Below are positions 16,459 through 64,000 of a stretch of DNA of 64,000 nt, one piece after another (the stretch's first letter is position 1; every line of letters begins with the position of its first letter). Below the pieces are notes generated by a model that worked only from the letters and a program-made list of their open reading frames with translations, was not told the origin of the DNA and did no database searches. The DNA comes from Amoebidium appalachense (lineage: Eukaryota > Protista > Ichthyosporea), in assembly GCA_963693365.1 (NCBI GenBank), contig CAVNZM010000007.1, positions 2,589,979 to 2,653,978 of the forward strand, written 5' to 3'. A program made the translations under genes and the position numbers.

Positions 16459-17157
16459 CGTGCTGGTTGCTCTATTGATAACTATTGTAATACGTGTTAT
16501 GGTGTACGACTCTCCGCTTCAAATAAATGAGGTTTGTCAGGAGGCGCTTCGTCCAGAAAACGAAAAATCACCGAAAACTGTCCTATTTTTAGCTCAGTGG
16601 GAAACAAATGTGCTATTTTTGGTAACAGCTTTTCTCCGCAAAGCTCTAAAGCGCTGCGCAGCTGCAGTCTGGTTCACGGAACACTGTTTTTCTTTTCATT
16701 TTCATAAACGAGTAACATATACAGTGCACGTGAGCGAGACACAATAGTCTTGCTCATATTATTAATATTTCTATTGAGTTGTTGCTTTATTACAGAACCC
16801 TCGAGCTCCGCGGGGTCCATATTTTTCGCGCCCTCAGGCTTCAGCCCCCGGGGACCTGGTCTGCGGCCGGAAAACATGCACCAATTAGATGCTTGCGATA
16901 AGCCATATTCGCGCCTATTGGTGCACTAAATTTCGGCGGGAGTTTTTCACAGAGAGCCTGAGTGACTCAACTTCCAGCGGCTGGCAAACAAACAAACAAA
17001 AAAAAAAAAAAAAAAAAAAAAGAGAGAGAGAGAGAGACTTCCCTTTTGAAACGTCTGAGAAAGTGCTACTTCGTACTTCTTATAATTAGCCTGTTAGCTT
17101 GGCATGGAACCCAGCCTTACCGAGAAAAAAAAAACCATCTGGATTTGTCTGGTGAAG
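16459..17157. promoter_or_regulatory. Putative bidirectional promoter region between TMCO1 and the SDR gene
   Basis: Divergent start codons about 700 bp apart; mostly unique sequence with a GC/CpG-rich core around 16800-16870. Confidence 0.45.
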
Positions 17158-25182
<8,025 letters not shown>

Positions 25183-26079
25183 TTGTGACGGCATAGTGTA
25201 GTTACATTTCATGATTTATACATGCATACAAACCCACACACAAGCACACACACAGAGTGTCACAGGCAAACACACCACACAAGCACACACACACATCCAC
25301 ATGCACAGACAGATACATGTGCGCAGGCACAAACTCACACGCTCATGCACCCACGCACACGCACACGCACCGTCACACACACACAAACAAACACGTGCAC
25401 ACACACCATACACACACATACACACACACGCAAACAGACACCGTGTCTACCCATACTAAATTGTCTCTGATTTCCAATGCCCATGCACGAATGTATGGAG
25501 CTTCATTCCTTCGAATATCCGTTTTTTGAGCTGCCTTATTGGGGTTTTTGCTCAATTTATCATCACGAGTCAATGAACCAAACTCGTGCCCTTGCACACA
25601 GTCCAACTGCAAGGATATGGTACGTGTAAGGATTGGGTTGGTTGCAAGTGTGGCGATCGCGTTAAATTTGAAAATTTACCATCTCTTCATGTAAATATGT
25701 CTTCTTAGGCGGATGTCAGGCCGGTATATATATACGCACCCGTCCGTTCGAGGTGATTTAATCCGTGTGAGATTGTAGTATTGTGAATTGCATTCCGTGT
25801 TATATTGTGTAAACAATCTTCTTCCTTTCGATTTTTTTTCAAACATTATATTAATGTGTGCCACATTGACTGACCTTCAGGATATATATTTTGCGTTGAA
25901 TGCAAATTGAATGATATTTGAAATTTTTATAAAACAATAAAAAACGTAGGAAATAGCTATAGATTGACACACCTACATTTACAATGAATAAAATCTTCTT
26001 TGAATAGCCGTTAATCATGAAACTGGTGCGGGGGGGCGTGCCGGCCCCAGGAGGAGGAGGTGCACGTGTTTGTGTGTGT

Positions 26080-26130
<51 letters not shown>

Positions 26131-27355
26131 GGGGGGCAACTAGCCTAGTTGGCCATGGGTGATGTTCAGAGTTTTTCTTCTATCTTTAGCGTTTCTTTAT
26201 TTCCCACCATGTGAAAAGGCCCGGGCCTTCCTGGCATTCAACTAAAATCCAGCATTCGCAAAATATTCAGTGAGTGCGTGTGATGCAGTCGGGCTGGCCA
26301 TACCAATAACTCAATTGATGCAAAGCATGTACAAACGAGGTTACAATAGTACCTCCACGCCTTAAGTATAAACATGTCGATATCTATAACGGAGAATAAC
26401 CATTGGCAATGCTATGCAACATATCACCCTCTCCGAAACCCCCCCCCCCCCCCCCCCCCCATTTAATATTATAAAAATAAATAAAAATAATAAATAAATA
26501 AAAGAATAAATAAATAAAAAACAAAAATTAAAATGAAATAAAATATGCTGGCACACCAAACCAACCTATGGGTTTCTCGGTAACTTTGTAGTCTCCAAAA
26601 TAAGAACATGGGCAGAGGGCAACAAAAAAAAGGACTCGCAAAAAATAATAAGCATATACAATTAACAGGTCTGCAAGACTTGCAGAATTCAGTATAGCAA
26701 ATGAAAGTGCGTAAACCCCTATGCGCGGTTAAAAAGGGAAATCTGAACTATGCAACAGGCAGTATCCAAGGATGTAATTCAGCACGTAGAATTCAGCGTC
26801 ACACCAGACATCGACTTTCTCCCCAGTTGCATATATTTAATTGCGAGCTAGAATTACTGGGGAAAATAGAAGGATCCTAGGAAAAAGTACCTTGAATTAA
26901 ATTTCCCGATATGAATCTCATAGTCCAAATCACGTAGACCCTACATGGCGCATCTATCCCGTTGCCGCCACTGCACGGAAAGTGGATCTGCGGCACTTTT
27001 TTGACGTCGATTCGACCAATTCACTTGTGTGTAGGCTTCCCCTGCGAATAAGTAACCCTCATGAGCAAGTCTTGGCCCATATCAGCAAGTATTAACCCTT
27101 AAAAGCAAGTTTTAACCCCTATAAGCATGGGTGTGTGTCGACGCAAGTACAAGATTACGACACGCACACATCTACACCAAGCACACACAAGTGCACACAG
27201 CTTCACTTGCAGAGATTGGCAACCCCTGAAATAGCTTTTCAAAAATTACCGAGGGTAGGGAATGTGGGCGGGGGAGAGGGGGGTGTGCAGGGGGGGGGGG
27301 GGGGGGGGGGTGCAAAACTGTGTCGTGAGTAGCCGCTTTACACCACCAGGGGGAG

Positions 27356-32840
<5,485 letters not shown>

Positions 32841-33573
32841 GGTTATCTTCGCTGGTCAACCCCAGGACGGACAATAGACACTGTCATATGGAACATCGTG
32901 CACATGCAAAGCCTCCTTGACTCCTTGGAAACATGTGCGAGTGTTTGGGAAGACTCAACAGTGAAGAAAAAAACAACCACTTCAGTGACTTAAACTGTAA
33001 AAAAACATACTAACTTACTAATACTGTATAGAAAAACAACACACATGTCGAATCATAGTCATCACCCCATGAACAGTCTGGACGTCCTTGGTTCAATTCT
33101 GGTCATGATATATGTACGTAGTCTCATCTCGAAAGACCTTTTACGTCATCATACTGTGATCACCCGCTGTTGAATTGTATAACTGACAATCTATAGGGGT
33201 GCGCTTTTAGGCTATTGTCTATGATGAATCAGCACTTCTTTTCGGACTTTCCAGGTTTTTTTTGCTTCCCAGAGCTCCTACGAGTAGTTATTCTTTTTTT
33301 GCATGTTTTTCATGTTAATAGTAGCATAGCTACATAGGCCATAGATTTAACTCAACGTATTTTAGCTGAGCTGTTGTCTAGGAAAGATTTGTGCTAAGCA
33401 AACGGCATTAGGTTCCGTGGCTCCAGACCTTAGGCCAAGTGTCCTATTTTCTTGTTTTGCTTCCAGATCCAGCACCAAACTGACATAGGGGGGCTTGATA
33501 TACAAGTAACCAAAGTGCCTGGATTTAAGAAATTGGCAATTGGGCATAGATCTCTGGGACACACTTCGTGAAA
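32841..33573. promoter_or_regulatory. Putative bidirectional promoter region between the F-box/LRR gene and STX6
   Basis: Divergent starts about 730 bp apart; microsatellite-free unique sequence. Confidence 0.4.
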
Positions 33574-42149
<8,576 letters not shown>

Positions 42150-42229
42150 GAAATTGCTGCTTGGAGTTGTTGTTGTTGTGTATGGGTGTGGGTGTGGGTG
42201 TGGGTGTGTGTGCGGGTGATTGGCTGGGT

Positions 42230-42296
<67 letters not shown>

Positions 42297-42528
42297 CGTG
42301 TGCGTGTGCGTGTGCGTATGCGTGTACGTGTGCGTGTGTGTGGGTGTGTAGGTGCGGGTGCAGATGCGATGTGTGCATGTGTGCGTGTGTGAGGGGGTGT
42401 GGAGGAGGGGAAGGGATATATAGTTTTCGCTGCTTGTGTTAAGGGCTTTAGATCATATTTAAGAGAGGGTGGATGGGTAGGCGCCAGACGCAGTGGGCAT
42501 GTTTTGTTTTTTTTTGGTTTTTTTTTTT

Positions 42529-42571
<43 letters not shown>

Positions 42572-43028
42572 GATATGTGTTGCATAGCTCACCATTCCTT
42601 TTTAACGGGATTTCTACTGAGGTATATAGCTACAGGTTAGGAAGACAGGAAAAATATAAACGTTAGCAAAGTCTAGCTTGTATGAATCAGTTATGACCAT
42701 TTGAAGCTCAAGTGAGTTTAAGTCTTAGAAAATCTCGTTTGCCGATCTATATTAGACTAAGTATCTTCGAGTTTCACAACGGGCTTCGGCGGCTTGCACA
42801 TATATGATACGGCAGATATTATATGTATGACATTGTTGGATATTCCCAGCAATTTCCGGCTTTTGTTGGGCCGTGACAGGAAGAAATCTGAAAATTGAAT
42901 GCATATTTCTGTATTCTTCATTGGGCTCAGGACGACGTTAAAACAAAATTAGTTCAACTGCAGTTTTGTACAACGTGTTCTGACTGGCTCGACGTGCAGA
43001 TACCAAACCAAACACTGCCAGTGGGCAT

Positions 43029-44544
43029 ATGTATGCATATATACCACACTGCATTGGTGTTCTGTTAGAAGCACTCTTGTCTCAAACCTATGGTAGAGCT
43101 GTGGTTAATGGGCATCTTTCATATGGTTTTGCTCGTACTAGAGGTCACTTGCAGGGTTCATTGCTTAGCCCCTTTTTGTTTAACCTATTTATAGATGATT
43201 TGGCTGTCAAGATTTATGCCGAAAATGATGACCCTATTAATAACTTTCCGCCTGCACTTCTCTATGCTGATGATCTGTCCCTCCTTGCCCGTACCCCTAG
43301 ACGCCTGCAAAGATTGTTCGATGTAGTGTCAGAGTGGTCCAAGGCAAACCTTATGATCCTTAACATAGACAAATGTGGTGTTCTTGTACCTGATATAGCT
43401 AACAATTTACACACATTTACATTATCATCTAAACCTGTACCTATACTTCCAGAATACAAATACCTTGGTGTTCCGGTTAATTCTGTTGGTGTTATGTGAA
43501 GTTTTCCCATGTGGTCGAAAAGAGGGTAGAGTTGGCTCGTAAGCGGTTAGCTTTCTTCTCGGCTAATATTTTTAAAGACACACCCCTCCATCCTTCTATT
43601 AGACTTACATTTATTCGCACTTTTGTCTTCCCGGCATGTGAATATGGTTTACCCCTTCTCGCCTCTTGGATCAAGAGAGAGAGAACTAGAGCGCTTAAAC
43701 CCTTGGCAAATTTCCTTGAAGCAGAAGTTGCCTCCTTTCTATCTAACAACTGTTGTAAACCTGGGCCTGTAACGCTCTCGATATATGGTCTGGTCCCAAT
43801 AGCTGCTAGAGTATCCCATCTCGCGCTGAAATTCAATAAGCACATAAAAGAAGTATTTGCCCTCCCACCCTCTCTTCTCTATCCGACCTGTCCCCTCCTC
43901 ACCTCTCCCCTCTTTCCTTCCCTCTCTCTCTCCTTCTCCCCCGCGCACAAATACAAATAAACCCCGCAAAAGTGTGCGTGTGACTTTGGACTGCCACTTA
44001 CTTATTAAACATGTACACAATCACAAGATAATCACGCAATATAACAAATGGAAAAAGATACCACACGACACTAGTCCCGATGAGAGCAGACACCTTGAAA
44101 AACTAAGCCTTATGTCTCGTTTCATATATAATGACCGCCTCAACCATATTGCCAAATATGGCACTCGCAAATGTATAACACCCAAATACATATTACCTTC
44201 CTGTAGAACTGGTCTTTCTCTAGCTGATGGTATTATTGATCAATTATCACGCGTAGTACTGTACACGTGCTATACAGTGGAGATCTAATAAGTATATGGT
44301 GGCATCGTTTGCATGCCCAAACAACACACACACACACCAGTTTCAACGGTCATGTATGGCCAAATGTAGTTTGATAGACCACATAATACCGCAACACGCA
44401 CACGTCACATTCACAACAGACACCCAGAAAGATAGCCTACCTGTAAATTACAACATCCTTGATTTTATACTAAACACGCGTAACTACGACCTGTTTATTA
44501 GATGTATTGATTGGCTTGAGAAACACATCACTACAAAATTCTAG
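43029..44544 (+). mobile_element. 5'-truncated, degenerate non-LTR retrotransposon (RT core to C-terminus)
   Basis: RGHLQGSLLSPFLFNLFIDDL, LLYADDL, NIDKC, YKYLGV, then thumb-like RLTFIRTFVFPACEYG and a Cys/His-containing tail. Split over four ORFs (43029-43499, 43496-43960, 43857-44288, 44296-44544). Confidence 0.85.
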
Positions 44545-44553
44545 CGCACGCGC

Positions 44554-44622
<69 letters not shown>

Positions 44623-44653
44623 CCAGCTGATACCGAGTGTCCCAGGGGAGAGC

Positions 44654-44684
<31 letters not shown>

Positions 44685-45510
44685 AAAAAAAAAAAAAAAA
44701 ACGGGGAACCCCAACTAATTGATTTTTCTTAGTCTTTATGGTGTCTCGTAGAGAAAGTAAACCCTGATATATAGTCATCACCCGACATCTATATACGTGA
44801 TCATGATGTACCGCTGAGGGGATATTCCGAGCAAAAACCCCCAATACCTGAGACTGGTCTATCTTTGCCTCGAGTAAACAGCGTAAACCCGTATGCATAT
44901 GGGGCAATGCATAATGCATCTGCTACCTGGTTTTTTGTGCGTGTGTGCCAGTGCGCATGGCATGCGTGACACTCTGTACAGGCACATATCTGCGTGAGGG
45001 CAATGTTTCTATAGAAACAAAGACAGAAATCATTGGCAGACGATCGCCGACGGACCTGATTTACAAAGCGGGGGGGGGGGGGGGGGGGGGGGGGGGGGAG
45101 GGGGGAGGGGGGGGGGGGGGGAGCCTGTAGTCATGAACATGGAGGCCTAGGCCTTGGCCAAATCCTTAGTTCCAAGGCTCCCGTACGTAGACCTACCAAA
45201 GCCTTTTGCCCCCCCCCCCCCTCCCCCCTCTTCCCTTTGTGGTTCCGGCCACTCATGACAGTGCACCTGCACCACAGTCATTGGCACAGTCCGTAACAAA
45301 CACACGCAAACACTGGTCTACACGTGTGTTTGTGTGCCTGTGCCAAATGAATGTGGTGCAAGTGGTGAGTGGACGGAACCACAAGCGTTGAACTTCAAGG
45401 GGCGGGGCCCAGGGGGAGGGAGGGGGGGGGGGGGGGGGGGGGGGAGAGAGAGAGGGAGGGGGGGGGGTTCTGAGACTCCCAATTGGGTCCGGCTCAGTCA
45501 CAAAGAGAGA

Positions 45511-45558
<48 letters not shown>

Positions 45559-47278
45559 CTCTGAGAGAGAGAGAGATCTATAGAGAGAGTGTGTCACGGT
45601 TTGTCTATGCGTGTGTGTGTGTGTGTGTGGTGTGACACTGTGTTTGTGTCCACGTGTTGGTGCCGGGCTGTGCGACGTCGACCCATGTGTGTGTAGTGTC
45701 CTTGCGCAGGGATATTCAATTCGATCAATATACGTGGTTGTGACAGGGAGTTGGGTGCTTGTCGGTGGCCGGGGACGTGCACACACCGTAACACACACAC
45801 GCACACACACACACACAGAGACACACAGACACACAGACACACACAAACACGTGCACTGTGAACCACACGTGCACACCGTGTCACACACATGCACACGCAC
45901 ACGCACAAACACTCAAAAAATTCCCAAAAAGGAAAGAGCGAGGAGGGGGGGGAAAGAAAAATAAGTGAAACAAAAAAACAGAATTTCAAGTAAGAGATCT
46001 AGAAGTGTGGTGCTGTACTTTCGCATCATTGAACCCGCGCACTAGCTTATTAGCGCTGATACATACACACATTAACCCCCCCCCCCCCCCCCCCCTCCCC
46101 CTTCCTTGGCACACACACTCACAACCACACACACACACCCACACACACCCACCCACACCCACCCACCCACACACACACACACTGTGACACACACTGGCAC
46201 ACAGTGTCACACTCTGTGACTGTCACACACGGGTTGTGTCACACATAGCACTGTACGCGGCACTCATACATGAGACACATTTTTCAAATGCAAATACGCT
46301 CAACTGAATGGCCGTCTTGAAAAACTAAATCCACGTGAAACCCTCATGTACATTAGGATTCTTGATGCGACCATTGTTGCATAACCGTCGGCGATGACAA
46401 CCCCCCCCCCCCCCCCCCCTTTCCCCCTCCTTCCTTCCCTACTCAGCTCGTCAAACCCCTAGTAAGCTTAACTTAGCCCTGCCTCTCTCCTAGGCCTCCT
46501 AACTCAATTTGTCTCTTTCCTGTTACGATTGTTCTTCCAGACTTTTATTTTATTTTATTTATTTTATCACGTTTTGTTCCCGGATGGCCTTTTCAGGCCC
46601 TCTATATTTTTGTTCTTCCAGACAGTCCCACCCTCTTTAAGTTCTCTCTCTCTCTCGATCCATCACCCTCCCGATGTACCTCTGTGCCTCTTTGTCTCAC
46701 GGATGCTTCAGTTCCCTCGTTTCTCTTTCACCTGCTCCCCCGTTGCCTCTTCGTCTCCTTCCCCTCCCGCCCACCCCTCCCGCCCACCCACCTTGCCCCC
46801 CTGCCCCTCCCCCACGCGCTCTCTTCCCCCCTGCTTTCCCCAGTAGCCACACACGCCTCTCTCTCCCGGTCTCATTCGCCCTGGTGCGTGCAGATAGCGT
46901 TTCGCACATTCCGCGCGTGCACAGTGCATTTAAGCCATGGAAAAATAGGGTAGAAAAACGAAAGGATTGGAGGGGGGAAGGCAATGCCCGCGGGGAGGAG
47001 GGGCGGGGGGGGGGGGGGGGGGGAGGGGAGATAAAACCTGCGAGGGGGGGGGGGGGGGGAGTAGAAGAATGTGCACCTCTCTTCCAGCAGCTGGCGCCTG
47101 CCTGCCTGCAAGCGGTTGGCCTCCGCCTCCAGCGCCTCGTCGCGGGCACACAATGCGTGGACGCCAGAAGCTCCCGGAGACGCATGTTGACAAACGATCC
47201 CCTTCCTTCTTCAGAGAGGCTAACGATGGGAGAGAGAGGAGGAGGAGTGTGCGCCAGTGTGTGTGTGTGTCGGTGTGT

Positions 47279-47309
<31 letters not shown>

Positions 47310-47854
47310 GGGGAGGCATATGGCCATATGGGGGGGGGGGGGGGGGGGGGGGATGGTGGTACTGTTTAATTGCTATAAATATGCTTGGAACACTTATCTG
47401 GATCACGTGCATGTGCGAACATCTCTACAGTAGGTCATAAACATGCAACTTTTGCACGTATGTAAAAGAATCTTGTAACAAGGTCCGAGTAACAAGGATT
47501 TGTGTACCCGGGAAACGTATGTAATTACAGGGGCGGCCAGTGAAACCTTGGGAATGACGTCGGCCAGCCCGCGCCGATCTTGAAATTCGCGCGCTTTTCA
47601 AGATTGAGCCTCACGGTGATTGGACAATCTAAAGAGGAATGTGTTTGCGCAATCATTTTGCATCTTTTGATTCGTCCGATATTGTGGACATGACGTCATG
47701 CATGCGCACTCGTCTCGGCAACAAATTCGTGCAGGTGAGAAAGCAGGCGAGTCTTTGAACTTGGAACGTTTTTTTTACTCTTCTTCATCCTTAGTTCTCG
47801 GAATTCCTACAACTTCCTATCTCAAAAAACGAATCTCGGCTTCGTAGCAAGAAT

Positions 47855-48239
47855 ATGGCTTCTGTTACAGCTTCCACTGGCTCCACCGAAACCCTTGCGT
47901 CCTTTTCACAGCGCATAGCACCGTGGCTACCCCTCGCTCACCTCATTCCGGACCCATCCACGCCCGAATCCGCTAATTGGGCAAGTCAGAAAATCTTTCA
48001 TTTCTACACCATTCTATACCAAGACAAACTAAATTCCAAGCCTGCATACGCCACCACGGTTGGCGATAATAGGCACTATGATAGGCTGGACAGCTACTCA
48101 CGGGAGACACACGAGCGTTTGCGTAAAGTCAACGAGAATGTGTGATGGAGGCCAAGGACATCGATGTGAACGATCTGTCGGAGAGGGAGAGAGACCACCT
48201 GACGTTCCTACGCGCTTTGTGCAGAGCCAACCTCCTTAG
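47855..48239 (+). pseudogene. First exon of a DUF885-like gene, frameshifted, with no recognisable downstream exons
   Basis: PAYATTVGDNRHYDRLDSYS, then after a frame change near 48143 MEAKDIDVNDLSERERDHL. This resembles, from memory, the DUF885 N-terminal pattern (P-x-x-AT-x-x-GD-x-R-x-x-DRL ... ID-x-x-x-LS). Donor AG|GTAA at 48239. Confidence 0.5.
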
Positions 48240-48507
48240 GTAAACATGTGCTTCGATTCCATCTCTATAGCTTTTGAAGTTCCGAGCCCGATAGATACTC
48301 TTTTCTTCTGATGCTTTTCTTCTTTATTTTCAACCTGCTTCTGTCTTTACGCAGACACACACTTTTGCATCAAGAAAGAACACTTTAGCATCAAGAAAGG
48401 TCTAGTGCTTTGGATCAACGCATTTGAGCTGGCTGTGTCCAGTGCATTCCTGCACGTGCTCACCATTTTTTACCCCTATTCTCTTTTTTTTATGGTTGTC
48501 CGATTTT

Positions 48508-48762
48508 CGCTTGTTCAGTTCTTTGCCTCCTTGCATCCCTTTCTCTCCCTGTTTCTCCCCCTTTCTAGCTCGGAATCTTTGGAGTTTCAAGAAGTTCTGT
48601 CTTGGTCCTTTTTCCCTCTCAACTGGTTCTCCCTTCTCCTCTCGCGTAATCCTCTCCCCCCGTCCCCCCTCTTCCGCCCCTCCTCTTCCCCCTTCCCCCA
48701 CACAATCTTTTGGTGATCTTTTTTCTCCCTTTGCCGTCCCACGGCTACCTTTGTTTGCTACA

Positions 48763-48831
<69 letters not shown>

Positions 48832-49079
48832 CTGTTCAGTTCTTTGCCTCCTTGCATCCCTTTCTCTCCCTGTTTCTCCCCCTTTCTAGCTCGGAATCTT
48901 TGGAGTTTCAAGAAGTTCTGTCTTGGTCCTTTTTCCCTCTCAACTGAAGGCTCCCTTTTCCTCTCGCGTAATCCTCTCCCCCCGTCCCCCCTCTTCCGCC
49001 CCTCCTCTTCCCCCTTCCCCCACACAATATTTTGGTGATTTTCTTTCTCCCTTTGCCGTCCCACGGCTACCTTTGTTTG

Positions 49080-49134
<55 letters not shown>
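48508..49134. repeat. Tandem duplication of a ~250-bp unit, each copy followed by (CA)n
   Basis: 48508-48760 and 48829-49083 are near-identical (offset about 321). Confidence 0.9.
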
Positions 49135-49137
<3 letters not shown>

Positions 49138-49191
49138 TACACACACACACGCGCGCGCAATGCTACACATTCACACACACGCACGCACGCG

Positions 49192-49244
<53 letters not shown>

Positions 49245-51517
49245 ATACACTCACACACTCACTTACACACACACACACACACACACACGCACAAACAGGC
49301 ATACACACACACACACAAAAGCTCTCCCTTAGTCTATACCCGTAAGGCATAAGGCAGAGTGTTTTTCTCTCCACCTCCGTTCCTTCTTCGGACACCTTTT
49401 CTTTTGCCCACTGGTTCTGTTGTTTAGCTTATACCCCCCCCCCCCCCCCCCCCCCCCCCCCATTCCCCTCCCCCCCCCCCCCCCAACCACCACCACCACC
49501 ACCACCACCACCATCGGTCCTTTTCGAAGTTCCCTTGCTTTCCCTCATAGGAGTGCAACACATTTACCACCCGTATTCACCACTTGTTCAGATGTATTGT
49601 GAGCTGGGGGGGCTGCTGGGTGAAGGTTTGGGGGATTCGAGGGGAAGGAGGAGGTGGTGGTGGTGGGGGTGGGGGGAGGGGGGGGAGGGGGGGCGGGTGG
49701 TGTGTGTGTTTGGGGGGAGGGGGGGGGGGGGGACGAGGGAATATTCCTGCAGCAAACATGAAGAATTGTGAACGGGAGAAAGGTTGATGGTATTTATTCT
49801 GCTTTGTTTGTTTCTCTATTTTGTAGCCAATGACATCATAAGTGAGGTTCGGAGGTACTCGGTCATGCCTGGGCAGGCGTGCAGCTACAAGCTGGGAGAG
49901 AGGAAAATATGGGATATGCGCAGAAAAGCAGAGGTGTAGTTAGGATGTTCGTTTGATATACGTAAATTTCACTATGTGGTTTTGAGGGTTGGGGCGGTAT
50001 CGCTGACGATGCTGGAGGAGGCGGTTGGCAGGTGGCTTGCTGATCGGAGGGTACTGGCCTAGACGGAGTGAGGGGGGAAGAAATTTTATTCAATCATCTA
50101 GGTTAGATGTCACGCGGGTTTTAATTCTCTATGACAACCTTGGCAATTGATCCCCCCCACCTCCGCCCCTCCCTCCCCCCCCCCCCCCCCCCCCCCCCTC
50201 CTCCCTCCCCTTCCCCCCCTCCCCACCCCACCTTTTTTTCCCCTTTCTCCTTCTTCCTTTTTTTTTTTTTTTTTTTTGGATGTTTTGGTTTTGAGCCCTC
50301 TCATCTTCTCTTTTCTTCCCCCCCCCCCCCCCCCCCCCCCCTCCCCCGGCCCCGCCCCCCAACAAAACCACCACCACCACCACCATCACCCCCCTCCCCC
50401 CCCCCTTTTTTTTGGACCTTGAAACGGTGGTGTCCTTTTGTGGCAATTCGTTTCACAAAAGGCACCGTGATAGACTAATTCGACTTTTTTGTGTCGGAAC
50501 CTTTAAAATTTTTGGGCCTTTCTCTTAAAGAAAAGGCCGTTATATAGGTCCGTCTGTATATATCATCGAGTCCTGTAAAATAAGAAGCGAAATCCGGGAT
50601 GTTGTTTACATTCATGGCTGTGTACGCCGGTGTGGAACATGACAATTCTATTGTATGTTATTTCACATAATGTGGCAGTTTAAATTTTTGTTGTTCATAC
50701 TGCTTTTTTTCTATTTCCTCCTCAAATTAATTCTCGTTTATTTTCAATTAGTACTACGGTACAACTGCTTGATACTGTCAAGTACCATATTGTAATTCGA
50801 CCTGTGTGTGTGTGTGTGTGTGCACAATACATGTGTGTGTGTCTGAGTGTGTGTGTGTGTCCGCGTGTGTGTGTGTGTGTGCGCGGGTGTGCGTGTGTGT
50901 GTGCGTGTGTGTGCGTACGCGTGTGCGTGTGTGTGTGGGTACATCTGTGTCGTGTGTGTGCAATCAACTCTGAATTGTCGTTAATAAACAGCACATCCCC
51001 CCCCACTCAGAGCTCGTACTCCTCAATTTGAACCATGTTAGTACTAGTATATAGGAGGCCTTGATCAAATTTGAGCGGAATTCATGTTAATTCAGACCCT
51101 GGGTAGTTCGAACCCTGTGACTGCCTTTGACATGATTGGTTACATGCGCATCAGCCATACATTAGTCATATTTGGTAGCTATACAAGTGTACTGATTGGT
51201 TCTGTTTCGTCATAAGGTACGCAGTACGTGACTGTCAGAAAAGTTACACGTGGACACTTGTCGTTGACACAACTTATTATACCTAAGCTAATATTATTGA
51301 TGCATGTTGCACATTTTGCACATTATTTTTCCCACGTATGAGCGTTATCCTATTGTGCTAGTATAGTATACTTATTGCTCCCTAGGTTGCGGTGTACTCT
51401 CCCAGCAACTTTGGAGTGTCTGCATCCGGCATTTCTACGAAACAAAAAGTCACTTGTACCTTAGAATCTGATAAAGCATTACTACATCGCAGACGTCTTA
51501 CTTTCCCAAAAACAAAC

Positions 51518-63855
<12,338 letters not shown>

Positions 63856-64000
63856 GCGTGTGCTGGGTACATCTGCACACAAGCACATGCATGCACACAG
63901 TGTTTTTGGAAATAGCTTGGAATGTGTGCATGTGTGTTTTGTGTAGAGACGTTTGGATCTGTGCGCGTGATGTAGAAAAACATGATTTAGAGCTCCAGGG

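Noticed and set aside
51095-51125. GTTCGAACCC T-loop/B-box-like motif
   Set aside because: I could not build an acceptor stem, D arm or anticodon arm around it.

Overview
Intron-rich eukaryotic DNA. The animal-like syntaxin-6 N-terminus suggests an opisthokont, possibly a unicellular holozoan, but this is inference only. Most ORFs in the track are microsatellite artefacts, so I rebuilt gene models by hand from GT-AG junctions and phase continuity. In order, the window holds: the 3' part of an intact Ty1/copia pol (1-3113) with a PPT; a 4-exon 7TM-RGS gene (+); TMCO1 (-) head-to-head with a 10-exon SDR16C/RDH10-like dehydrogenase (+); a frameshifted F-box/LRR gene (-) with its last two exons duplicated, head-to-head with syntaxin-6 (+); a degenerate 5'-truncated non-LTR retrotransposon ending in (CA)n; a truncated DUF885-like exon; and a 13-exon NOB1 (+). 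The main unexplained structure is a transcription-oriented intron pattern: a poly-C run just after often weak 5' donors, and (CA)n running almost into the 3' AG with no polypyrimidine tract. Two ~135-bp repeat families with a shared end motif sit next to these C-tracts, and every intronic copy I found is in sense orientation. Also notable are repeated local duplications of splice acceptors, an apparent CG acceptor, and a 148-nt hairpin. Homopolymer and microsatellite lengths and single-base frameshifts may be assembly errors.
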